A program made the translations under genes and the position numbers. This document shows, piece after piece, positions 54,373 through 64,000 of a stretch of 64,000 bases of DNA (its first letter is position 1; every line of letters begins with the position of its first letter). Origin of the DNA: Entomortierella parvispora E1425 (Eukaryota; Fungi; Mortierellomycota). The DNA lies in contig BQFW01000015.1 in the NCBI GenBank assembly GCA_020891255.1, forward strand, positions 1,364,001 through 1,428,000, given 5' to 3'. The notes below the pieces were generated by a model. The model was not told the DNA's origin. It searched no databases and saw nothing but the letters and a program-made list of their open reading frames with translations.

Positions 54373-57176
54373 ATGGTCATCCCCTCGCCTCGTATCTCAC
54401 ACCCTCGCCGACATTCGCCCGAGCGAGCGGAAAAGACCTCCCAGTCAGAGAAGACCCCGTCGTCGTCTCCTGGCGACGAGTCTCCTTCGACCCCCGGGCG
54501 AAAACACTCCATATCCTCCTCTCGTCAAAGAAGTTCTTCCGCCAGCAGTGATCGTTCCTCCTCATCCCGGCGCATCAGCAAGTCCTCTTCTTCCTCTTCC
54601 AGTAACAGTCACCGCCACCACCGCCACCACCATCACAAGGCCCAAGGTCATCAGATCATCCCCGAGAGCAATCTCGTTCACCGGTCCACCTCTACGTCGG
54701 CCAAGACTCGACCAATGCACGATGACACGGACGCAGGTCGGGTCATCCCCGTGATTCAGCCCGCACTCGCGATCGATTACTTGGGCAATAGCTGGAAGAA
54801 CGAGGACGATATTGCGGCCTCTTGGAAGTTTATGACAAAGCAAAAGAATGATATGATCAATGGCCTCCGACTCGAGAACGCCTCCTGGCGTAATTGGGCC
54901 AAACAGAGACACCAACTCAAGACCGTGAGCCCTAAATCCCTGAACTGGTAAGCCGAGTGAACAAGAATGAAGAGAAACGAGAGACAAAATGAGAGGGGAA
55001 AAAAATCCTGATTTTGGAGAAACCGGGAAGGAACATTAAAAGAGGAACAGCGAGACGATGGACGGGAGGAGGGAGAAAAGATCGGCTGCAGACACGTGCA
55101 GGCAGGTGCAAAGAAGTGAGATAGAGAGAGAAAGATCAGTTTTGGCCCTTATTTCAATTTGTGCTCTTCTTGGAGAGGAGGAAAAGCAAAAGCATGAGAA
55201 GAAAGGGTTCAAAAAATGACATTCGGCTACAGAAGCTTGTTCGTCAAGGGACGATGAAAGGAAGAAAGCCCAACCATTCCCTAATCCAGAAGCAGGCCAG
55301 GCCCCCGGGGATTGGATCGAATCGAATCGCGCCTTTCCCCTTTCTCCTGACTGGCCGGTATGCCTAACAGGCGTCGACTTTCTCATTATTTTTTTGCTCT
55401 GTGCCCCCTCTTTGTAGGCTCAAGGATAGTGACACGACCTGGCTCTATGGGCCGTTATACAAGGCCAGCATCGACGAGTTTGATCTGGAGCGTTTTGGAA
55501 CGCAAACGATATCAGCCTTACCAACAGTCATAACGACAGAGCCACAGCAGGATGGAAGTGATACTAATCTCAACAACATCGACGGCAACGGCCTCAACGC
55601 AGGCACTCTCAGCAGCAACAGCAGCAGCACTACATCTATACCCGGCTCCATAAACTCCACGGGCTCCAGTTCCGGGACAGCGACGCCTACAACCCCATCA
55701 ACCACCACCACACCATTTCTCAAACCAGTGCTGAAACATAAAACTGCCTCTGAGCTTTTCAAGGCCGACACGCTCTTTCATGTCCAGTCGGATTTGAAAC
55801 TCTCGCGTCGAATTGAACCCAATAACAAAGCGCGTGAGAGTGCTGTCTTTAAGGAACATCGTCAGCCGAAGTTGAGGTTCAACGACTCTGTGGAACAATG
55901 TATCTCGGTCGACACTGACGCCATCTCGGAAGAGGACGAGGAAGATGAAGAGGACGAGGACGAGGACGAGGACGAAGAGGATGACCAGACTGAAGAAGAA
56001 GGACTCCCATCATCACAGGGGCAACAGCGGCAGCAACAACCTGCAGATGGTAGATTGGAGCTCCGAAGATACCCCTCTAGAAGGTTGAGGATCAGGCGTG
56101 GAGGCTCAGAAGGCGGGGGCGGCCGTGCGTACACGGAAGACGAGGATGAGGATGGTATCTTGATGGCGATCTCTTCTAGACGACCCCATCGTGTGCCCAG
56201 GAGCATTGTTCGCATCAGCCCAACCAAACTCAAGGCCGAGAGCACGTACAGGATGCACGACGAGGAGGATGAAGAGAGCCATGAACTAGGATACCCTATG
56301 ACCTCTCCAGTGACTGGACACCATTCAGCGGAAGAAGATGACGAAGAGGAGGGCCTGTTTGAACAACCACTCTACCTTGGCAACCCATACACGGGCACCG
56401 AACTTGGATATATCCCCCCTCCGGAACAGCAACAGCAACTACTACTGCTTCAGCAACAGCAGCAACAGTTGGCCCTAAATGGATCATCTTTGGAGGATCT
56501 CCTCCAACATCAGGAGGCAGCCATGGCTGAGGTCTCTTATACCCGCCCGCTGCTACCTTCGGCCCAGTCGTCTTTAATGTACTCTTATTCGTCCACATTG
56601 CAGCCGGAATCTACCTCTGCCACTGCCGTTTTAGGAGCCGACACAGAACTTTCTTCAAGTCCTCTGGCGAGATCGCCTTCCGTGGACTCTTCTATCTCGT
56701 CCTCTGGATCGTCTATTGGGTCTAGATTGTTTGTGGAGGCAGAGAGCGATGACGACTTTATTCCTCCTATAGCCACAGCCATGGCGAGGAGTGATTCGAC
56801 AACTCGATCATTCGCTAATACTCTAGAGGTAGTTCTGCAGGAAGGCGCAGGAGAGGAGTCGATCGACCCTTCTGTTACCATCGCCTCAGACGCATCCAAT
56901 ACACAAACAGCGGCGGCGGCGTCAATCACAAGAACTGGCTCTGCTACCCCTGTCATACCTTCTTCCACAATTCGTCCAAATCCGACCTCACCTCCACCGG
57001 CGACTGCTACCGAGGGACTCTTGGCGATCAACAAACTGGCATTAGAACGTGAAGCTGCAGGCGCCGGACGCGGTGGAGGTGGAGGCATTGGAAAACGAGC
57101 CGTGGATCTGGTCACCAATGTCAAGGATCTTGTCAGTTGGGCGTCGTCTCTGGTTCGCAACAGCAGCACTTTTTAG
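54373..57176 (+). CDS. REG1: Reg1-like protein phosphatase 1 regulatory subunit, DUF1752 domain (about 777 aa)
   Basis: Exons 54373-54947 and 55418-57176 (470-nt intron, phase 2). DYLGNSWKNEDDIAASW...RLENASWRNW...LNWLKDSDTTWLYGPL. RVxF-like PP1 motif KLRFNDSVEQCI. Confidence 0.85.
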
Positions 57177-58124
57177 AGCAGGATCCAAAAAGGAAAAAGA
57201 ACAGCAAGAGGAAGAGGCATCATTTTCATTCATCATTTCACATCTCACCTTGTACATATCATTTGTCAACCGAAAGAAAAACTGGAAAAAAAATCGTAAT
57301 ACCCTGCGCCAAGCAATAAATGGCCCTCAACTTGTCGTTGCACATTGTGAACAAACTAAACGTTTTATCGGAGCGTAATGGAAGGTTGAACTAAAAGATG
57401 ATTTGCCCCCATGATAAGACAAACAGATAGATTGTGAGGACCATGTCGAACGAGGCGAGATCTGCTGCTCTTGGATTAGGATGGCTACGATACAGGGGGC
57501 ATCTCGCCGAAATAAATATATGAGGAAACAGCGATTGACACGGGAGAGGGTCAACACATTGTCCGATATTGAACCCTCCATCAGTCGACTTGATGGCTCC
57601 GTTTTCCTTGCATCAACAAATGTGGTCGAGCCAGAAACTCTGCAGGATGTCTTTACGCGGACGTAATATGTACAGGGCCGTGGATCGCCTAATATTGAAT
57701 ACAGAGGTCCTTCGCGTTGTTGAATCGCTTTTATCCACATACGCCCACGCGATTAACTCTTGCAATAACATGGTCATAATCGAGAGTTTTCCAGAAAAAA
57801 ATACAAGCCCAGTCACCTTGAAAGCTAGGACATCGTTACCCCTCCTCAGAAGGTATCTTCTAAAACGATGATCGGAATAGTTAGTCTGTTCGACCTCTCC
57901 ACTTGATTTGATGCTACCTTCGAGGACAGTTTTTCGTGCAGAGTGAGAGAACCCTCTGCAGGAAATAATGTATAATGTCAGATGATATAGATTAAACTAC
58001 GACAGCGCTGGAATCTCGCGAAAAGGAATGCCATCCGTCGCCTCAAAGTCCCGGAATGATTTATTGGGAAATTGCTATAATAAATAAACGTTGTCTATTT
58101 TTTTTTGGGGGGGGGGGGTAGCAC

Positions 58125-58445
58125 TTAATCCTGCTCGTGTCCTCCAGGTCCTCCGGTTCCTTGTTCGAGAGCTGTAAGGGTCCAGCATCCAAGATTGAAG
58201 CTATTACCAGCCCCCCTATTGGCGCAGTCGTTGAGTGAAGGAATAAGCGCAGGGCTCCCGATCTGTACAGGAGAGTCGCAGTTGTTACGAATGTAGCAGA
58301 AGTAAGGGCCGACTACCATGCACTCATGAGCCTGGAGGATTAAAGGATCTTGGTCCAAGTAATATGCGGAGCTGCTGCATGAACTAGCAGTAACACTGCT
58401 CATGAGGAACATGAGAGTGCTGCAGAGGATTGTAGCTTTAAGCAT
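58125..58445 (-). CDS. Small secreted cysteine-rich protein A (106 aa)
   Basis: Signal-peptide-like MLKATILCSTLMFLMSSVTA and 6 Cys in the mature part. Paralog at 59478-59822. TATAAATA about 65 nt upstream (58509-58516). Confidence 0.8.
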   Translation of the reverse strand: MLKATILCSTLMFLMSSVTASSCSSSAYYLDQDPLILQAHECMVVGPYFCYIRNNCDSPVQIGSPALIPSLNDCANRGAGNSFNLGCWTLTALEQGTGGPGGHEQD

Positions 58446-59477
58446 GATTATTTGTAGCTTGGAGAGGTGGTGGATGATGTTTTTTTTTTATGGTGGAGGG
58501 GCACACTTTATTTATACTTGTTGAGCAGACAAAGAATGCATAGAATGGCTGCATTGAGTTATATTCGAGAATCCTCACGCAAAAGGTGAAGAATCACAAT
58601 GATCAAGCCATGAATTGAAAGCTTCGGCTAAAATAGCAAAGTGGCAACATGTCCATGGTGCCAGGAACTCCAATCAACGGAAGTACTTTGCAAGTACTGA
58701 TAGGTAAATACAAAGGGCAAACTGTTGTGGGCAACTGCCTTTGTACTTCCTGTTAAAGCATGTTCTGGTTGTAATGAAGGAACAGTCAATCATCAAAGGA
58801 GCAATTGAAGTCCACATGGCTTCTCATTGAGATACAAGGTACCGCTGTACTTCGATTCTCTGACGCTCAATTTTGCTGCACACTTTCACCTTCGATGAGC
58901 ACCTGTTCTTCTGCCGAGAATTCGTTGAGGCTGAAAATTCCCTCAACGCGTCGACTTCCAAACAAAGAGGCGCTAGGAAGTTTCTCGATTGCCTATACCT
59001 CGATTGCCTATACTCCCTCAACCTCGGTCTACGCTACTGGCCATTGCTATTCTTTGATCCTCCTCCCAAAAACTATCGGATTCTTGACAAGCTGGTTGCC
59101 TTTCATTTCTTCAATTGATCTCTTCATATCAGTCGTCAGCCTCGTCCGACAATCTCTTTGCCAGTCTTGGAATGTTTGCACCCCAGCCATCGCTGAATTT
59201 CTTTCAGCGTACTGTTCCAATCAGCATGGCAAGTCAGCTCGTGTCTTTTTTTTTTCTTTCTTTTTTTTTGTTCAACAGTAACGACTATCACGACATTCGT
59301 AGACCAGTCTCGAGGCCGATTGAATGTCCTTTGAATGTGATTTGTTTTTGTCGTGCTTCTGCACAATTTGGGTGCGCTTCGCAGCAACAGAAACGGACAG
59401 GAGGAGTCTGGACTGCAAAGGTCTGATTTCTCTCTGTCCTGCCATTTTTTATTGACTCGAAAACTCACAATAACTAA

Positions 59478-59822
59478 TTACTGTGAATCCGGCTGCACTT
59501 GGTCGATTGCATGTCCTCCTGATCCTCCTCCTCCGCTGCTAGGAGGGTTGGGGGTAAAGGTCCAGCAACCAAGATCAAAGGCTGCACTCCCGTCAAGGCA
59601 TTTACCGAGTGTGTCGCCAAGTTGAGGGCTCGCCATCCAGGCGTCGGAATCGCAGTGGTTGTAGACGAAGCAGAAGTAGGCGCCGGCTTCCATGCACCCG
59701 TGCGCACGGAGGGTTAAAGGATCTTGGCCCATGTAATATTCGGAGGTGCTGCACTTGATGGCGGCACTAACAGTGCTCATGAAGAACATGAGAGTGCTGC
59801 AGAGGAGGGTGGTTTTAAGCAT
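59478..59822 (-). CDS. Small secreted cysteine-rich protein B (114 aa)
   Basis: Signal-peptide-like MLKTTLLCSTLMFFMSTVSA and the same 6-Cys pattern as protein A. TATAAATA at 59889-59896. Confidence 0.8.
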   Translation of the reverse strand: MLKTTLLCSTLMFFMSTVSAAIKCSTSEYYMGQDPLTLRAHGCMEAGAYFCFVYNHCDSDAWMASPQLGDTLGKCLDGSAAFDLGCWTFTPNPPSSGGGGSGGHAIDQVQPDSQ

Positions 59823-61190
59823 GATTCTTTTGTAGCTTGGAGAGGTGGTGGATGAGGTTTTTTTTTTTTGTGGTGGAGGGGCACACGTTATTTATACTTG
59901 TCAATCAGAGAAAAAAATAGCATGGAAAGGCTACAGATATTCAGGAACCTACACGGAAGAAGATGATGGACCACAGTGATCAAGCCATGGATTGGAAGCC
60001 TTGGCAAACAGGGCAAATTGACAAAATGGCAAAGTGGCCATGGCGCCAGGAACTCTTCTCTACGGAAATGTCCATGCCTGCAAGAGTGACCGAGTCAATA
60101 TAAAGGGCAAATTGTTGTGGGCGACTGTCTTCGTGCTTGCCTTTTTCAGGAAATGCGGGACAGTTCATGCACAAGGAAAGGAAATTGGGTGTCCAGCAGA
60201 TAACCCATTGAGACACAAAGGCCGTGCAAACATAAATTCTCTGATGCTCAATTTTTGCTGCACACTTTCGCCCTCGTTCCTGGTTTTTGAGCCTGCCACA
60301 AGATTCGCACTATACTCTTTTTTTCTTTTTGTGTCCAAAGAATCTCTTCCCCGGGCGTGGCGCGCTGGTGTCCGACCAGGAAACCAACGCCTAGCCAGTG
60401 AACATCTCCTCTTGTGCCAAGAACTCGAGAGCTCTCGAGTCTCCCGCCGGAAGTGCATACCGAAGGGCATGCAGTGCACCTGGCTTGCTGGCACATTCTG
60501 TACTCCAAACCAATCGGATTACGGTGACCTCCCCAAGACCGCGTTCTTTTTTTCGTAGATTACATGTGGGAAGTCCGAAGTCTCCCTCCAATGGGTCAAC
60601 TTCCAAACAGAGATATCATCTACTTGTGTTTGCTCTTAACATTCAAGTTGGCATTACATGAATGAGAGCGTAGGATTCAGAGTACCACACCACATTCTCA
60701 CGCTGCCATCTGTAGGTCCTCACTCCATCAGCAGGGCGAACTCTGTGCGCGCTTTTCACTCTAGTTGTATGTCCGCTTTCTCTTCCTTTCATGGTAGAGT
60801 GGAATCTTTCGTGCTTCTCTGAAATGATTACAAAAAAAAAAAAAAAAAAGAGGGCGAATACATGTTTCATTTTGCCCACAGGCGCAAAATACAGCCTAAC
60901 ATCAGACCGTACGAGCAACAACCCCCTCGAAGAATGGAAAGATCGTTCAATGGGTTACGCATCTATCCAACTGTCGCAACGAAATTGTGTAGACAAGAAG
61001 ACTAGGGCGACAAAAGAATAGCCTATTTCGACCAGGTTTAGGACATTGCAAGTGTGGACTCATTGGAATTCTCTTTGAAAGTCGCGGGAGTGGTTGCTTT
61101 TATGTTGAAAATAACGCCGAAAAATCATCAAGAGGGGTCATGGAGTGGTTGGTGGTCGTGACAAAATGAGGAATAAAAAGGAGAGACTAT

Positions 61191-63920
61191 CTAGTTGGTG
61201 TTCAAGACATCGACGTAGCGTGACCGAGCTCCACGTCTAGCGGCAGATCCAGTGGCCCCTGCAGGGCGAGGAGGGCCGGGAGGCAATCCGGCACTCGCAG
61301 GCCCTCCAGAAGTGGGAGGTCCAACCGTGGCTGCAGAAGCCACTGGCGAAGGTGCAGCCGGGGTGGTTGAATGTGATCTCATGGGTGGAGGCGCCAAAGG
61401 CTGTGGTGGCGCTGCGGCATCTGCACCCTCTTTACCATTGATCCACTTTTGCTGCACCTTGTCAAAGTAGAAGCTCGACTCCTCGCCCAAGTTGGCCTTG
61501 GAGGGCTTAGGCGTAGGCTCCCTCTTTTCACCTCCAAAGATGGCAATCTTGCCCCACATGCCCCATCCGGCCTTGGCTAAAGTTCAAGAGATCAAAGAAA
61601 ACGATAAGTAAAAAAAAAATAAAAGACACCACAGAAAACATGAAGTAATGATGGAGACTTACATTCGTCAGATCCGTCACCATTTGCTCCTCCTTGAGTC
61701 GAATCGGATCCAGCGGTAGCTCCATTGTTGCCATTATCAGCATCTGCTGTGTTGGCATCGTCAGAAGTAGCCTTCTTCTTCAACGAGCTGTTGCCCCATC
61801 CAAGATCGTCTTCATCTTCGAACGTTTGCTGGTTGTTGTTTGCTGGAGCTGCTGAAATGGCTGGCTGACCGAAAGGGATAGTGGGAACGGCTCCAAAGGA
61901 GATAAACTGGCCTTCCTCGTAATCCTCTTCTGGTTGATCAGCCTGCTGTTGACTCTCTGGATGGGCATCGGCAGCGGCATTAGGATCCGCGCCAGCACCC
62001 CACCAACCGCTGTTGGCATTGTTATCTCCGCCAGCGGTGGAGGCGTCATAATCAGTGGCATCCTGAACAGGCAACACTCCTGGCTCATCCTGGCCTGCAG
62101 TCTGAGCATGGTCCTCAGCATGCTGTACTTGTTGCTGATAATCACCCTCTTGGTATTCACCCTGCTGGTACTGATCCTGCTGGTATTCACCCTGGTGATA
62201 ACCGTCCTGCTGGAACTCGGTCTGCTGGTAACCACCTTCGGCATACTGTCCCTGCTGGTAATCGCCCTCTTGGTAAGTGCCTTCAGTATACTGGCCCTGC
62301 TGGTACTCGCCCTGCTGGAACTCGCCCTGCTGGAACTCGCCCTGCTGGAACTCGCCCTGCTGGAACTCGCCCTGCTGGTATTCGCCCTGCTGCTGGTAAT
62401 CTTGGGCGTATTCACCTTGTTGATAGTCACCCTCAGTGTAGGCGCCTTCCTGGTACTGACCATCCTGGGTGTATTCACCGCTTTGCTGGTAGTCACCTTC
62501 AGCATATTCGCTGTACTGCGCTTCAGTAATCTCAACAGGAGCAATTGGCTCAGTCTCGGCAACAGCAGTGGTCGAAGTAGCTGTTTCGCCGTGCTGCTGC
62601 TCGGCAGTGGGCTCGTCGGCAAGGATCTGCTCGGTAGTGGGGTGCTCGTGAGTCAGGTGTTCCGACACCTGCTCATGCTGAACGGAGACATCGTGCAAAG
62701 GTTGATCGTTGTACCCGGCGCTCACTGCCTGATACTCAGCGGGCTCCTTAACATCCTCCACGGTAGCAGCTGGTTCAAGAGCTTGAGTCTGGTCTTGGTG
62801 CTGGTCGTAAGACTGATAGTCGCCGCCTTGCTGGTACTCTCCCTGTTGGTACTCTCCGTGCTGGTACCCATCCTGCTGGTATTCACCTTGCTGGTACTCT
62901 TGCTGGTACTCTTGCTGGTACTCTTGCTGATATTCGCCCTGGTACTCGCCCTGGTAATCTCCTTGGGCATATTCACCCTGTTGGAAGTCACCTTGCTGGT
63001 ACTCACCACCCTCATACGTAGCTCCTTCAGTGTAGGCAAACTCGCCACCCTCGGCAGGTGCATCTGCACTGTACTCGCCATACTGAGCCGTAGTCTCGTT
63101 ATAATCAGCCATAGGCTCCGCAGCTGCATGCTCATGATGAAGATGGCCATCATCAATTGAGGGCTTCTTCTCAGAGCCATGCACAGCTTGGGTAGAGTAG
63201 AGGGCGGAATCCGTGTTGGAGACAGGAGGAATTACATCGGGCTGAATAGCAAGAGCGTCCACAGTCTCGCCGTACTGCTGCTGCTGCTGGGAAGGATCGT
63301 ATTGGCCATCATACTGAGCGTTGTAGTCATAGGTTCCCTCGACGGCAGCCCCTTCGAATGCGCTTTGATCCAAGGGCTGCTGTTCAGAGTACTGCACTTC
63401 TCCGTAGGTTTGCTGCTCCTCTCCGTAGGTTTGCTGCTCCTCTCCGTAGGTTTGTTGCTCACTATATGTCTGCTGGATGCTCGTGGCATCATACCCATAT
63501 CCAGTCTGAGTGTCATAGCCGTAACCAGTCGTAGCATCGTTGCTGAAGTCACCTTGAGGATAAGTATCTGTAGGATACTGGGCAGATTGATCGTAACCTT
63601 GGTTGTAGTGACCGGCGTTGTAATCCACAGCAGGGGCTTCCGCTTGGTGGTTCTGCTGCAAGTCTGAAGGACGACGGCTGTTTGAGGCAGTGGAATGGTG
63701 TCCAAGGTTCGAGGGTGCTCTTGCAGAAAGATGACTCAAGTCAGGAAGGGCAGGTGCATTGGCAAAAGGTCCGCCAGTCTCAACACTGGTCTTGGGCTCT
63801 GCAACAGGAGGCTTGGCCTGCTCATTATCACCAGCAATGAACTTTGAGATCTTATTATCGAGAGCATCGAAAATGCCACCAATAGTGGGCTTAGGAACCT
63901 TCTTTGCAAACCAAGACCCT
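61191..63920 (-). CDS. SEC16: COPII coat assembly protein Sec16, 3' portion (gene continues beyond the window)
   Basis: Exons 63920-61663 and 61576-61191. KVPKPTIGGIFDALDNKISKFIAGD follows the Sec16 conserved core. C-terminal KANLGEESSFYFDKVQQKWIN and RRGARSRYVDVL are Sec16 C-terminal signatures. Confidence 0.85.
62130..63465 (-). repeat. Coding oligopeptide repeats in SEC16 (GEYQQ/GEFQQ/GDYQQ, QEYQ, QQTYGEE)
   Basis: 15-bp unit CTGGAACTCGCCCTG is tandem at about 62300-62375; 12-bp units at about 62890-62930; 21-bp units at about 63400-63460. Two clusters of degenerate copies. Confidence 0.9.
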
Positions 63921-64000
63921 CTAGAAAACACACACGTGGTCTGTTAGCAACTTTGCACCACTTGCACTTTGAAATACATAGTAGAGATATCGATATTCTT

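Larger units (their letters stand above)
58125..60275. repeat. Direct segmental duplication, offset about 1,377 bp (58125-58895 and 59480-60275)
   Basis: Shared CDS, leader, TATA and upstream blocks (CAAGCCATG, GCAAAGTGGC, AAGGGCAAA.TGTTGTGGGC, GCTCAATTTTGCTGCACACTTTC). Confidence 0.88.

Noticed and set aside
53289-54551. 420-aa plus-strand ORF upstream of REG1
   Set aside because: Runs through poly-A, poly-T and (TTCCTCC)7 tracts and overlaps REG1 in another frame. Low-complexity promoter or UTR sequence is the simpler reading.
60423-60440. Perfect 18-bp palindrome ACTCGAGAGCTCTCGAGT
   Set aside because: About 0.2 such palindromes are expected by chance in 64 kb, and there is no associated feature.
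61934-63160. 408-aa Leu/Val-rich plus-strand ORF that looks like a membrane protein
   Set aside because: It is the antisense shadow of the SEC16 Q/E/Y repeats; CAG/GAG/TAC codons read as Leu/Val on the other strand.
1-64000. tRNA, rRNA and prokaryotic-type features (operons, terminators)
   Set aside because: No cloverleaf or rRNA signature was seen by eye; the sequence is eukaryotic with spliceosomal introns.

Overview
Fungal genomic DNA with short GT-AG introns, TATA plus CT-rich core promoters and long homopolymer runs. Gene content and F-box style suggest Mortierellaceae (Mucoromycota); this is an inference. Positions 0.6-16.8 kb hold a tandem OPT oligopeptide-transporter array: three full-length genes, four relics and one orphan Cys-rich gene inserted among them. 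Positions 18-45 kb hold mostly ordinary genes: a coiled-coil protein, two F-box/LRR genes, LCL2-like, a Myb plus winged-helix protein with a triple repeat, GAD1, TMEM19/DUF92, CipC-like, SUI1/eIF1, SWA2/auxilin and SHO1. The standout feature is at 45.5-51.7 kb on the minus strand. The fragmentary ORFs there splice, with compatible phase at every junction, into one uninterrupted protein of about 1,650-1,690 aa. Its C-terminus carries all three RuvC motifs and the Zn finger of a TnpB/Fanzor RNA-guided nuclease. A tandemly duplicated exon+intron unit lies at its 5' end, and a decayed, intron-containing IS630/Tc1 transposase lies about 430 bp upstream on the same strand. The window ends with REG1, a duplicated pair of small secreted six-Cys proteins, and the 3' part of SEC16 with a large Q/Y/G/E repeat region. 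All exon models were derived by eye; no database search was run.
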